Assembly: GCA_026936335.1 (NCBI GenBank)
Contig: JAPMXV010000069.1
Coordinates: forward strand, 248,001-312,000
DNA: 64,000 bases
Direction of reading: 5' to 3'
Origin: Mantamonas sphyraenae STR306
Taxonomy: Eukaryota; Protista; CRuMs
Shown: in pieces, positions 46,231 to 56,406 of the stretch
Position numbering within the stretch: the first letter of the stretch is position 1
How the letters are laid out: each line of letters begins with the position of its first letter
Notes under the pieces: model-generated
What the model was told of the DNA's origin: nothing
What the model saw: only the letters and a program-made list of their open reading frames with translations
Database searches by the model: none
Program-made: the position numbers and the translations under genes

Positions 46231-48513
46231 TCACTGACTTTCATTCTCAGTGGGCTCTTGCTGCCGCCCCGGAGAATCCTTGTCGTCTCGTTGTGGATTG
46301 CACACAGAGGATGAAGTGGCTCGGTGCAATTTCTCTCGCCACTCCGGGTGGTCAGTGGATGGCGGCTGCGAAAGGAGAGCCAGCATTGCCTTTGCACGCC
46401 TGCATGCATCGTTTCCGATCAGCCGCACCGAGGCGATGTCACCCGTCTCATGTGTCGAGTTGGACAGGTCTTGCAGGATCTGGATCGTCTCTACGACCTC
46501 CATGTGCTTTTCTGTGATCTCCGAGGCCTGCTTTGCCTCCTTCACTTGCAAGATGTGTTGAAGGTGTCGCACATTGGCATACCGCGGTGATATTCTGTCG
46601 TGGATCTTTGCCGCCTGTGCAACAGCCTTTTCCGAAAGCTTTCCAGCCATGTCCTGGTCTCCTTGCTCCCGCAATACACCCGCGGCGTTGATGTATGCGT
46701 TCTCCAGGTCAAAAGCAAGCATGAGGTCGTGTGGGTACTCTCGAGTCAGATCTTCCTGCTGCTTCACTGCTTCCAAGGCGGCGTCGATGCACCCTTGGCG
46801 ATCCCCCCGCAACGCCATCACTTCGGCACGCAGTTCCTCCACTTCCACTAGCAGCCTGCGCTTGTTCTTCCCGTCAGACATCTCATGCACATTCTCTTCC
46901 AACTTGGTGAGCTTCTTGTGGCCCAGCTCCTCTTGCTTGCTCTCCACCACGGCCATCACTTCCTCGCTGAGCAGGAGATGCCGCACGAACGGATCTGGCC
47001 ACCACAGCTGTCTTGCCAATTCCATCCCCCTCACAAGACACGTTTTCCTGAGGTCGGCATCTGTGAGGATGCTCAGCTTCTTCGAAGCCGTGAGGTACCC
47101 AAGGCTGGCCTCGTTCTTGAACCGATCCACGACGCCGCCTGCTTCCATGACATCCAACAGGTGGGCTAGGTGCATCCCAACTGCTGTTTTTGCAGAATCG
47201 GTCACCGCACGCTCCCAGGCCACGTGGTTCAGCGCCCGAATCAGCGACACCTGCGCGTGCTCATCACCCACAGGAACAATCTCCTCAATCAGCTCTGCAT
47301 AGCTCTGCTCCACCTTGTACATCCCTCCATTGGACTTGGATGGCACCAGCACAGAAACCCCTTCCAGAACACGCAATGCATCCACCGCCTCCTTGCCGGA
47401 ACACCGACTCGAGCACCCCCTTTCCAGGACCTCTTCATCCACCAGCGCACGTGTGTCTTTGGACAGCATCCGCATCACACGGACCATGCATGCGGTGCAA
47501 TCGTTCAGTGCCTCCAGCTTCTCCAGGCGTCGCATGCGCTTTGCTCGCCCACTGTGGTTCGGTGAGCCTCCCAGCAACAGCGACGCAGGCGCATCTACGT
47601 TGGGTCGATCCGGGAAACGCTCTTTAAACGTGTGAATATACTCCCGCACGAGATCAATGGCGTTGTGCACACTGCTGGCCACACTCATCCGTTCCTCTTC
47701 CGTCGCCTTCAGCCCTTCAGCGCAAAACATGGTCATGAGCTCCTCCTTGTTCATCTTGGGCGACAGCTGTACAACTGTGGGTGCAAACTCTTGTAGAAGC
47801 TTTGCTGCACCCGAGTCACGCGTGACGATCACCACAGCCCCTTTCTTCAGGCCCACACGCTCGACAACACGAGGCAGTCGGCTCCTGTCCTCGTGACGCA
47901 CCCCGTCAAGCACCATCACCCATCGCTGGTTCTCGTTACGTTCGTACAGCTGCTGCACACGTTGGACGACGTGTGAAAGGGTGGTGCCGACGCGCACGTC
48001 ACCGGCCGTGGTCCCGAGACGCTGGTCCAGGTCCTGCAGGCACTCGTCCAGGCCGTCTCCCGTGCCAATGAGCCACTGTGTGTCGTCTAAACGACCTTCA
48101 CACGGAGGCAATGTTGAGTCTTCATCATACAGATAGTCCAGGACAGTCTCCATGCGTCGTCGAACGTGTTCAGAAACCTCGCTGTGTTTGGTTTGCTGCA
48201 AGTTTGCCAAGGCAGACGTCTTGCCGCTTTTTGTTGGCCCAGACACCACCACGAGCTGGCCAGGCTCCACGGATACAGCCTTCATTGCAGATCGCTCGAT
48301 GGTGTTGACAGAGGTGGCGGAAAGCCGTGCGCTGCGATCGCGAGCGTCGTTCTCGGCTTCGAGTCGCTCGTTCCACCAAGTGCCAACAGCAGTGAGGCCA
48401 AGGATTCCCGCAGCAACCTGGACGACGTTCGAAGCGATAGTAGTGCGTGTTTCCCAGGATACGGGGGTGGGTGGTGTGGGTGGGGCCAGGCGATGCCGCG
48501 TGCGGGAGAACAT
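46231..48513 (-). CDS. P-loop NTPase of STAND/NB-ARC type with N-terminal TM helix and C-terminal TPR-like helices
   Basis: Walker A VVVSGPTKSGKT, Walker B WVMVLDGV, sensor-like VVIVTRD, PASLLLGG, ALRVLEGVSVL; hydrophobic VVQVAAGILGLTAVGTWW; ORF open upstream to 48663. Confidence 0.65.
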   Translation of the reverse strand: MFSRTRHRLAPPTPPTPVSWETRTTIASNVVQVAAGILGLTAVGTWWNERLEAENDARDRSARLSATSVNTIERSAMKAVSVEPGQLVVVSGPTKSGKTSALANLQQTKHSEVSEHVRRRMETVLDYLYDEDSTLPPCEGRLDDTQWLIGTGDGLDECLQDLDQRLGTTAGDVRVGTTLSHVVQRVQQLYERNENQRWVMVLDGVRHEDRSRLPRVVERVGLKKGAVVIVTRDSGAAKLLQEFAPTVVQLSPKMNKEELMTMFCAEGLKATEEERMSVASSVHNAIDLVREYIHTFKERFPDRPNVDAPASLLLGGSPNHSGRAKRMRRLEKLEALNDCTACMVRVMRMLSKDTRALVDEEVLERGCSSRCSGKEAVDALRVLEGVSVLVPSKSNGGMYKVEQSYAELIEEIVPVGDEHAQVSLIRALNHVAWERAVTDSAKTAVGMHLAHLLDVMEAGGVVDRFKNEASLGYLTASKKLSILTDADLRKTCLVRGMELARQLWWPDPFVRHLLLSEEVMAVVESKQEELGHKKLTKLEENVHEMSDGKNKRRLLVEVEELRAEVMALRGDRQGCIDAALEAVKQQEDLTREYPHDLMLAFDLENAYINAAGVLREQGDQDMAGKLSEKAVAQAAKIHDRISPRYANVRHLQHILQVKEAKQASEITEKHMEVVETIQILQDLSNSTHETGDIASVRLIGNDACRRAKAMLALLSQPPSTDHPEWREKLHRATSSSVCNPQRDDKDSPGRQQEPTENESQ

Positions 48514-49233
48514 GGTTTGGTGGCGGCCGGGCGGAGAGTGGATGAGAAGGATACGGTGATGTGTGATGGCTTGGTGATGTCTATTCATGCTTCTGTGACT
48601 CACGGTACGCAAAGAGGCAGACCGCGGCAAGCACGCCGACGATCCCCGGATTCCATTGACCATCAGCGCTGACGTCTCCTCCAGTGCGGCGCATGACTGC
48701 TGAAGCGCTGGTCACGGATGATGGGAAGGAGGGACGGTGGGGTATTGTGTGTGGACACGTCCATCCGCACACGTGGGTTGAAAGAGCAGCAAGATGAGCG
48801 ACGAGGGAGCAAGGTGGAGAGGGAGCTAGGTGGAGATTCAACCGTTGCGCAAGGATCAGATTGCCGTCATTGGCATTGTATGGGACGCCTGAGGCGGCAG
48901 GAGGAGGGGCAACCGTTGTTCCTTCCATGCTGGTGGCACTGATGGACAAAGGCAAAGTGATGTGTGGAACACTCTAGGGATTGGTAACAGGTCAAGATTG
49001 CACTGGGTGGAGTGAAAGAGGGCATGTATGGGCGGTGGAGGCAGGCTGTGTGCTCTTTGTCCTCCGTGCGGGGGTTGAACCAACGCATATTGCACACACA
49101 CACAACTTCAGAACTGGTATCGGGTAGGGAAATGCAGGCTCATTGGGGACTTTTGCACGTGTGTGGGTGGGATAGAGAGACACGCGGAGGAAAGGGAGGA
49201 ATCAGCAGGGCGCTGACACAATATCGCAGGAAT

Positions 49234-51066
49234 ATGGGCTTACATGAAGATGAATGGGTGGAGTTGTTACAAAGCGGGGACCGTGGGCGGATTGTGGAAG
49301 CTTTGGAGGCTCAGGGAACGGTGAGTTGGCGGAAAGAATTCGGGAGGGATTGGGAGCGTGACGATTGATCGTCGCACAAGGGGAAGGGAAGGAGGGATGG
49401 GGGTAGGGTGGGAGTGATCGTGAGTACGCAAGGTGGAACGTATGTTGACGCGACACACACACAGGGATTGGAGCTTAACAATGTGGACCTGGGAGACAAA
49501 GAAGCGGTGGCACTTGCGCGGGCGCTAGCTCAGAACAGCAGCTTGCAGACGCTGTACCTCGGCGACAACAGCATCGGAGACGAAGGAGCAGCAGCACTGG
49601 CGCAGGGACTGAGTGACAACAGCAGCTTGCAGACACTGAATCTCGGAAACAACAGCATCGGGGCAGAAGGCGCAGCAGCGCTGGCGCAGGCACTGAGTGA
49701 GAACAGCAACTTGCACACGCTGTACCTTGGTAGCAACAACTTTGGGGAGAAAGGCGCAGCAGCACTGCGGCAGGCACTGAGTGAGAACAGCAGCTTGCAG
49801 GAGCTGTACCTCGGAAGGAACAGCATCGGTGACCGGGGAGCAGCAGCGCTGGCGCAGGCCCTGAGTGAGAACAGCAACTTGCAGACGGTGTACCTTGGTA
49901 GCAACAAATTTGGGGACAAAGGCGCAGCAGCGCTGGCGCAGGCACTGAGTGAGAACAGCAGCGTGCACACACTAAGCCTCGGCTGGAACAGCATCGGGGC
50001 AGAAGGCGCAGCAGCACTGGCGCATGCACTGAATGGAAACTCCAGCTTGCAGACGCTGAAGCTCTGGGGCAATAGCATCGGGGCAGAAGGAGCAGCGGCG
50101 CTTGGGCAGGCACTTTGTCAGAACGGCAGCTTGCAGACACTGGACCTCGACAGCAACAGCATCGGGGCAAAAGGCGCAGCAGCACTGGCGCAGGCATTGC
50201 GTGAGAACAGCAGCTTGCATTCCTTGTACTTCAGCCTCAACGACATCGGGGACGAAGGAGCAGCAGCACTAGGGCAGGCACTGAGTGAGAACAGCTGCTT
50301 GCAGACACTGTACCTCGAGGGGAACGATATCGGGGCAAAAGGTGCTGCAGCACTGGCGCAGGCACTGAGCAAGAACAGCAGCTTGCAGACACTGAACCTC
50401 AGTACCAACACCATTGGAGTACAGGGAGCAGAAGCTCTTGCTCAGGCGATGAATGGCAATCGGTCCTGCTGGAAAGTGTACGGCGTTCGCAATGACGCGT
50501 TGCAGTCCCTGTTGGAGAGAAACAAGAAGCACCACGTGGAGTTTGTGGAGTGTGGGGATGTGGAGAAGATGAGAGAGTTGAGGGAATGGGGTGTGCCTGT
50601 GGACACGTTTGCAGGGGAGAGGGGGAAGGAGACTGCGCTGGAGAGAGCGGTTGAGCGAGGAGAAGAGGTGATTGTGGAGGTGTTGCGGGGTTGGTGTGCG
50701 ACTCCGAGGATGAGAACGGTGGAGATGGTGAGGGAGAAAGGGTGGAGGAAGGCGTGGCATTGGATTGGATGGGGTGGACAGGTGGATGAGGCGATGGAGG
50801 TGGCGTTGGTGATGAATGAGGAGGAGAGGGAGACGATGTTTGAGCGAGGTGGGATGGAGGAGTATGTGGAGGAGGGAGGGTGGGGAGGGTGGGTGACACT
50901 GCCGGATGAGGTGATGGAGAGGGTGATTGGATGGGTGGGAAGGGGTGCTGCACCGGCAAGAGTCGCTGAGGGGAGGTCATGGGAGACGAGGAAGCGAGGG
51001 AGAGATGAGGTGGAAGTGGAGGAGGAAGCTGAGGTGGAGAAGAAGCAACATATCGAGGAGGATTGA
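49234..51066 (+). CDS. LRR (about 11)-ankyrin-PRANC/F-box-like protein with basic/acidic tail (gene I)
   Basis: Exon MGLHEDEWVELLQSGD, intron 49321-49464 (GTGAGT...ACAG). Confidence 0.85.
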
Positions 51067-51441
51067 AGGATTGGGGGGATCAGCAGCACAAAAATGGAAG
51101 TCCTTTTGATGCGATAGGGGTCGGAGGCAGAGGAGGAGGAAGTGGGGTGAGTATACTTGGTGGATTCGAGTGAGGGGATGGACAGGTGGAAGAGGTGCGA
51201 AGTGCTGTGGTGGATCTGCAGCTGCAGCTGGACGAACTGAAGGCCAATCAGGAGGCGAGTGGTGAAGGGGGGATTTCCTGAGAATGAAGCAACCCATCCA
51301 TTCATGGTTCCCATGAACCAGGAGGATGTCAGGGGTGTGAGTGAGACGCATGTGATCCACCTGGACACGATGATCACCCAACGAGTGGACGGGGGGGGTG
51401 TCTGCCCAAGAAGATACTGGCTTCATTGGATGGCCACTCCT

Positions 51442-53889
51442 TCACATTGGCGTCAATGCCGACTGAACAGTTTCATCCACCGCGTCCCACCACTCTTGGT
51501 CGCCACAGTCCACCATGGCCAACACCTCGGTGCGGACCAATGCCACAAATGGGTCCTCCTGCTTCTTCTCACCGTCACCGTCGTGCTCGTGTTCCTCTGT
51601 GTCCTCTGTGTCCTCAACCTGGTCCATGCCACCACGGGGCACGGACTCGGCAAGCAGGGCGGCCACGACGCCGACGTCGTCCATGATGAAACTGCCAGCG
51701 GCCTGTTCCTGGGTGGCACGGCGACGATGGTGCACCTCGAGATAGGCCACTGTGAGCAATGCCAACAGACGCATCTGGGCTTGGTTGTCTGTGAATCCAG
51801 AGGGCAGTTGGGCACGCAGTCGATGTGCAACCTCTTCCTTCTCGGTCAACCCAGCCTGTTGCGCCGCATGCCACACTGCTTGGGTCCACCGCGCCCACAC
51901 GCGACGGTTGCGCACCTGCACCTGCTCTGCATCTTGGTCCTCGTCACTGTCACCTGCACGGGCACCACCCTGGCCATGGCCATCGTCTGTGGCACCGTCG
52001 CCATCCCCGTCTGCAGAAGATGCAGCCACGTCGCCAGAAGCCGTGTGTGATGGGGGCCCATCCACAAGCATGTCGATGAGGCGGTCCCATTCCGGGTGGA
52101 GACGCATGCGTTGGATGGATCGTTCGGGATTGGGAGGCCCTTGGTCGGCGGGAGTGCCCACGTGTCGTCCCAGTTCACGCACGGTACGCCAGCTCTCACG
52201 TGCCTCCATCATTGTGTTGAGCATGTTGGACAGCTTTGCACCCAGGGATCGATCCACCCCACAGCCAATGGACAGCACCACCATGGGCGTGGGTGACGGT
52301 GTCCTACGCTGCTGCCCGTCCTCCGTTTCCTCTCCTTCCTCCACGGTCTCTGCCACCGTGGCACTGCTGCTGCTGCTGCTGCTGCTCGTGGTGGCCGTGG
52401 ATGAGGACGAGGCCGAGTCCAGGGCGTGTTCGACCCGTGCAAAGGCAGGCAGGACGGGATTGTTGGCAAAGAAGCCACCGTCGATGAGTTTGTGTCCGTT
52501 TGGAATCACAGTGCGGTCGTGCACCTCCCAGGCACGCTTGTCCGTGGGCAATCGGCGATCGTCGTCATTGCAAGGACACGGTTGGTCGTCCACACACGAC
52601 TGGTCCGCACATCCACAGCGCATGGTCACCGCCGGAATGAAGGGATACGCCGCCGACGTGGCTTGGGCCGCCACGCGGATGTACTTGGTCTGGTTCAGCT
52701 GCAGGTAGCCCTGGTCATCGTACCCAGGCCCATCGCCTCCCTTCTTCCGCTCCTGCCTGCTTCCCACAAACTCCAGCAGATGAGTGTTCATGTCTGTGGC
52801 ATCCAACACGGTGATGTACACCGACGACGCAGTGGCAATGCATCCGCCGTCGGGAAACTGGTCGGCCAGCAGATCACGCACGTACGCCTCCCCGTCGCTC
52901 TTGTCGTACAGCGCCAGGTTGTCAATCATGGCCATGTCTTGCTCCACGCCTGTTTCCCATTCCATCGGCGTGTACGCCGTTACTGTGCGTCCCACCCGCG
53001 TCGATGACCACCAGCTCGTCAGCTTGTCTGGCAAAAGCGTGGAGCCCAGCCAGTTGCCCGTGGCCCCCGTCGCCGCCCACGGTGCATAGTACGCCACACT
53101 GGCAACCATATGTGCATAGTCACGTGCAGTGGGCTCATGGCCAAGCACCCACTTGCGATGGGCGAACCTGGCCATGCCCTCGGCCTGGAAGTTGCTGGCA
53201 AACGTGTCCACGTCCAGCAGCTGCCGAAAAAGGGATCCGGCCTCGGTGAACAAGAAGCGCCCTGCGTCGATGGGTGTCTCGAATGAGTATCGGAATGCAG
53301 GCGTGGCTGTGGATGGCTCATTGTCGTCTGTGTCTGCGGGGGTGGTCGGTACGCCGTAGTTCAGGGCCAGGCAAAGCAGGCCGCCAATGGAAGTTCCTGA
53401 CCAGGAATCCGCCAACTGCCGCACGTCGCTCACTCTGCTGCGCAGCTGGACCTCGCGCAGCAGAATGCACGGCACGATTCCCTTGACCCCGCCCCCGTCG
53501 ATGGAGATGTGTCGATGTGCAGCCGGTGGTGGTGGTGGTGGCGTGGTGTGCTCCATGTCTGTGTGGCCGGCGGTGCTGCTGGCGAACATGATAATCGTGT
53601 GTTTTGGGCCCTTTTTCTTTTCGTTGGGCGCCGCTGTGGCTTGGACAGGTCCTCCCTCAACCATCATCCCCATTGGCATTGTGTCATGGACCCACTTTAC
53701 AGGAAATTTGGTTTTTGTTGCGGTGCAGAACCTGCAAACTACCCCCGACATGGATGTCCCACGCACTCTCTGCTGCTGCTGCTGCTGCTCAACACACACA
53801 CCAAGTCCAGTCCACGTCCAGTCCACGCCCACACAACACCACACGCACATTTCTCTCTCTTTTGGCCACATTCGCACCGAATTGTACAT
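51442..53889 (-). CDS. Patatin-like phospholipase (start probably internal)
   Basis: ISIDGGGVKG glycine loop, GTSIGG nucleophile (GxSxG), ATSAAYPF, LIDGGFFANNP. Confidence 0.85.
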   Translation of the reverse strand: MYNSVRMWPKEREMCVWCCVGVDWTWTGLGVCVEQQQQQQRVRGTSMSGVVCRFCTATKTKFPVKWVHDTMPMGMMVEGGPVQATAAPNEKKKGPKHTIIMFASSTAGHTDMEHTTPPPPPPAAHRHISIDGGGVKGIVPCILLREVQLRSRVSDVRQLADSWSGTSIGGLLCLALNYGVPTTPADTDDNEPSTATPAFRYSFETPIDAGRFLFTEAGSLFRQLLDVDTFASNFQAEGMARFAHRKWVLGHEPTARDYAHMVASVAYYAPWAATGATGNWLGSTLLPDKLTSWWSSTRVGRTVTAYTPMEWETGVEQDMAMIDNLALYDKSDGEAYVRDLLADQFPDGGCIATASSVYITVLDATDMNTHLLEFVGSRQERKKGGDGPGYDDQGYLQLNQTKYIRVAAQATSAAYPFIPAVTMRCGCADQSCVDDQPCPCNDDDRRLPTDKRAWEVHDRTVIPNGHKLIDGGFFANNPVLPAFARVEHALDSASSSSTATTSSSSSSSSATVAETVEEGEETEDGQQRRTPSPTPMVVLSIGCGVDRSLGAKLSNMLNTMMEARESWRTVRELGRHVGTPADQGPPNPERSIQRMRLHPEWDRLIDMLVDGPPSHTASGDVAASSADGDGDGATDDGHGQGGARAGDSDEDQDAEQVQVRNRRVWARWTQAVWHAAQQAGLTEKEEVAHRLRAQLPSGFTDNQAQMRLLALLTVAYLEVHHRRRATQEQAAGSFIMDDVGVVAALLAESVPRGGMDQVEDTEDTEEHEHDGDGEKKQEDPFVALVRTEVLAMVDCGDQEWWDAVDETVQSALTPM

Positions 53890-54567
53890 CGCGCCGTCGC
53901 TTCTTCAACTGTGGACCGAGACCAGGTCGCAGAAAGACGGGTGCTACGCAGGGCCGGAATGGACACACACACACCGACCGCAGAGGAACCGGGGTTGTTG
54001 TCTTTTCCCTTCCTCTACGGTCGCCGGTGCATATTCCGGCCCCTGACGCATTCCCGTCTTTGTGCGAGGCTGCTTTCGGTCCCCAGCTGGAGGTGTGTAT
54101 CAACGGGGTGTGGCCCTGGCCTTTCGTGGATCTGCCAGCCAGAAATGCAGTGCAAGCCCAGGGTGTGTTTTGCATGTGAAAACACCCTGGACTCACACTC
54201 TTCCTGGCTGACACCACCCAAGAAAGGCCTGATCAAACCCCGTTGTACAAACCGTTCAGAAGGCGCAATGCAAACTCATGATGCGCAAGGGAGGAGGACG
54301 ACGGATGGGGGTGAAAGGGGGGCCTTGGGTGCCGTATGCCGACGTCCCTTGGCCCCTCTCAATCCCCCGTCATCGTCGTTCTGCCCCGTTGCTCGTTCTG
54401 TGGTGGCAAACACGCACACGGCAGCCACAGACACATCGCATGGTTGCGTGGTCAGCTGCTGCTGTGCTTTCTGTGTTGCCATTTGTGATGTCGTGGTTGT
54501 GTGTCGTCTCGTGTCGTGCCCTTTCCTCGTGTCTGCTGCCGCGCGTGTGCAACATCATCCCCAACGC

Positions 54568-56274
54568 TCACTTTGCCTCTACAAAGTCCTTTGCATCCCA
54601 GTCCCAGGTTGCACTCTCCACCACCTGCAACGATGTGTCGAGCAGAAAGTACGACTGGCCGATGCACACGACCCAGGCCACGGCGTCCTTGTCCAACATG
54701 GTGTCCACCTCCAGCAACACACAGTGTGCGGAATGGTCGTCCAGTTCCTCGTAGCCGACGAATGCACGCCAAAACAGACCTCTGCTTGGCCATGCCTTGC
54801 GCACCGTTGCGTTCAGCGTCAGCCCGAGCTCGCTGCTCAATTGCTCCACCAGGTCGTGGTTGACTCTGCTTGCCTTGGGCACATCAAAGTTCTTGTCTGC
54901 ATCGTCCATGGCAAAGGTCGGCCGACATTCGTCAAAGACGCGTTCGACCACGTCCAGCGCCTCTTCATCCGAGTCGCCCCAGCACCAGAGTGTGCGTCCA
55001 TCGTCCGACAAGGTCCACTGTTCCTCCCAATCCCACTCTTCATCGAATGAGTCACTGTCTGAGTCCCATTCACTCCATTCACTGCTGCTGTCGCTGTCGT
55101 CGTCCTGGCTGGACTGGCAGCTGCTGCAGGCGCTCGATCTGCGCGTGACTGCATCTCGGAAGTTGGCTGTGCCAGGAATGGGCACACGACACACATGCCA
55201 GGAAGGAAGGACACAATCGACTGTCCAAGTGGAGTCGAGGACAACGGTGCGTCCCATGCTGGTGTGCACCAGAGTGACGTCCCGGTAGGTGGCCAGCCAG
55301 TGCGCTTCGTCGTCGTTCTCCACCCGCAGCGCATTGCCCTCACGCAGGCGTTCATCCAGCAGCTCCTTGAACATGGTCGGCAGTGTGTCCACATCTAGCA
55401 CCTGGTACCTTTTGGAGCTGATCTGCCACCACGGTCGAGCAGAAATGCCTCGCGGCTGGCTGCCTGGGAGCGAAAGGAACTTGGGATGCACGCACTCGTT
55501 GGCCGGAATGCCCGTTTTCACAACGTGGTCACCCGTGTGGAAGACCACCCTGCAGGCAGGGGTGACCACGTGCAGATGGACGCCCTCCAGAACAAGCACA
55601 GCCTTGTCCAGATCCTTCTTCCATCCCTTCACATGCTGGTAGCGCTGGTTTTCGCGCTGGTTGGCGTGTTTGGTCACCTTTGCTGTGCGCAGCCATTGCT
55701 TGACGTACAGCTTGGGCGGGCCGAGGTCACGCAGAAAGCAGGCTTTGGCATGCGTTTCTGTGTCCCTGTGGAGCACTTTGATGGCAAATGAGGCGTCCCA
55801 TCCCTCGGGAAGGTCGGTTGAGGAGCGGTGCTGCCAGGCCGCGCAGAAAAGGGTCCATTGTTCCGCCGCGGCGAGGGCGCTGGCAGGCAATGGGGAACCG
55901 GCAGCGAGTTGAAACGGTGTGTGCAGCTGCTCATCAAGACCATCTTGCGATTGGGCTGACACAGTCGATGTGCCGAGGCCGTTGTCCCCCTCTGCACGCT
56001 CCAGGGAGAACTGCGGGGATTTGCGGCGGTGGAAATTGCCAGCGCCGGGCAAAACACGCTGGGCAACCTCGGCTGGGACTTGCACTTGCTTTGTTGCGGC
56101 GCGAGTGTGTGTGGGTTTGGATGAGGATGAGGATGGAAAGGGCTGCATGTTGGAAGCAGAGGTGGCTTTCAGCTGATACCAGCCTTGAGATGTTGTGACG
56201 AATACGTCTTCTACGGTGGACATGGCGGAAGCTGGGGTGATCCGATGGATTGGGATTGGTGGGGCACTTCTCAC
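54568..56274 (-). CDS. Hypothetical protein (568 aa)
   Basis: Long ORF with globular composition and an acidic linker; no recognised motif. Confidence 0.55.
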   Translation of the reverse strand: MRSAPPIPIHRITPASAMSTVEDVFVTTSQGWYQLKATSASNMQPFPSSSSSKPTHTRAATKQVQVPAEVAQRVLPGAGNFHRRKSPQFSLERAEGDNGLGTSTVSAQSQDGLDEQLHTPFQLAAGSPLPASALAAAEQWTLFCAAWQHRSSTDLPEGWDASFAIKVLHRDTETHAKACFLRDLGPPKLYVKQWLRTAKVTKHANQRENQRYQHVKGWKKDLDKAVLVLEGVHLHVVTPACRVVFHTGDHVVKTGIPANECVHPKFLSLPGSQPRGISARPWWQISSKRYQVLDVDTLPTMFKELLDERLREGNALRVENDDEAHWLATYRDVTLVHTSMGRTVVLDSTWTVDCVLPSWHVCRVPIPGTANFRDAVTRRSSACSSCQSSQDDDSDSSSEWSEWDSDSDSFDEEWDWEEQWTLSDDGRTLWCWGDSDEEALDVVERVFDECRPTFAMDDADKNFDVPKASRVNHDLVEQLSSELGLTLNATVRKAWPSRGLFWRAFVGYEELDDHSAHCVLLEVDTMLDKDAVAWVVCIGQSYFLLDTSLQVVESATWDWDAKDFVEAK

Positions 56275-56406
56275 TGATGGCAGTGGGTTGGGGGTTGGGT
56301 TGTTTTGTGATGTGGTTGAACCCTTGCATGCGGGGGCGCATGGTGGAACACCGACATGATTGCATTGGTTGTCGCACGTCCGTGGCGCAGGCTCGCCTTT
56401 TGCTGC

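Noticed and set aside
28820-51377. Antisense ORFs over the LRR genes (ACASAAAPS repeats)
   Set aside because: Reverse-complement shadows of Ala/Leu-rich repeats
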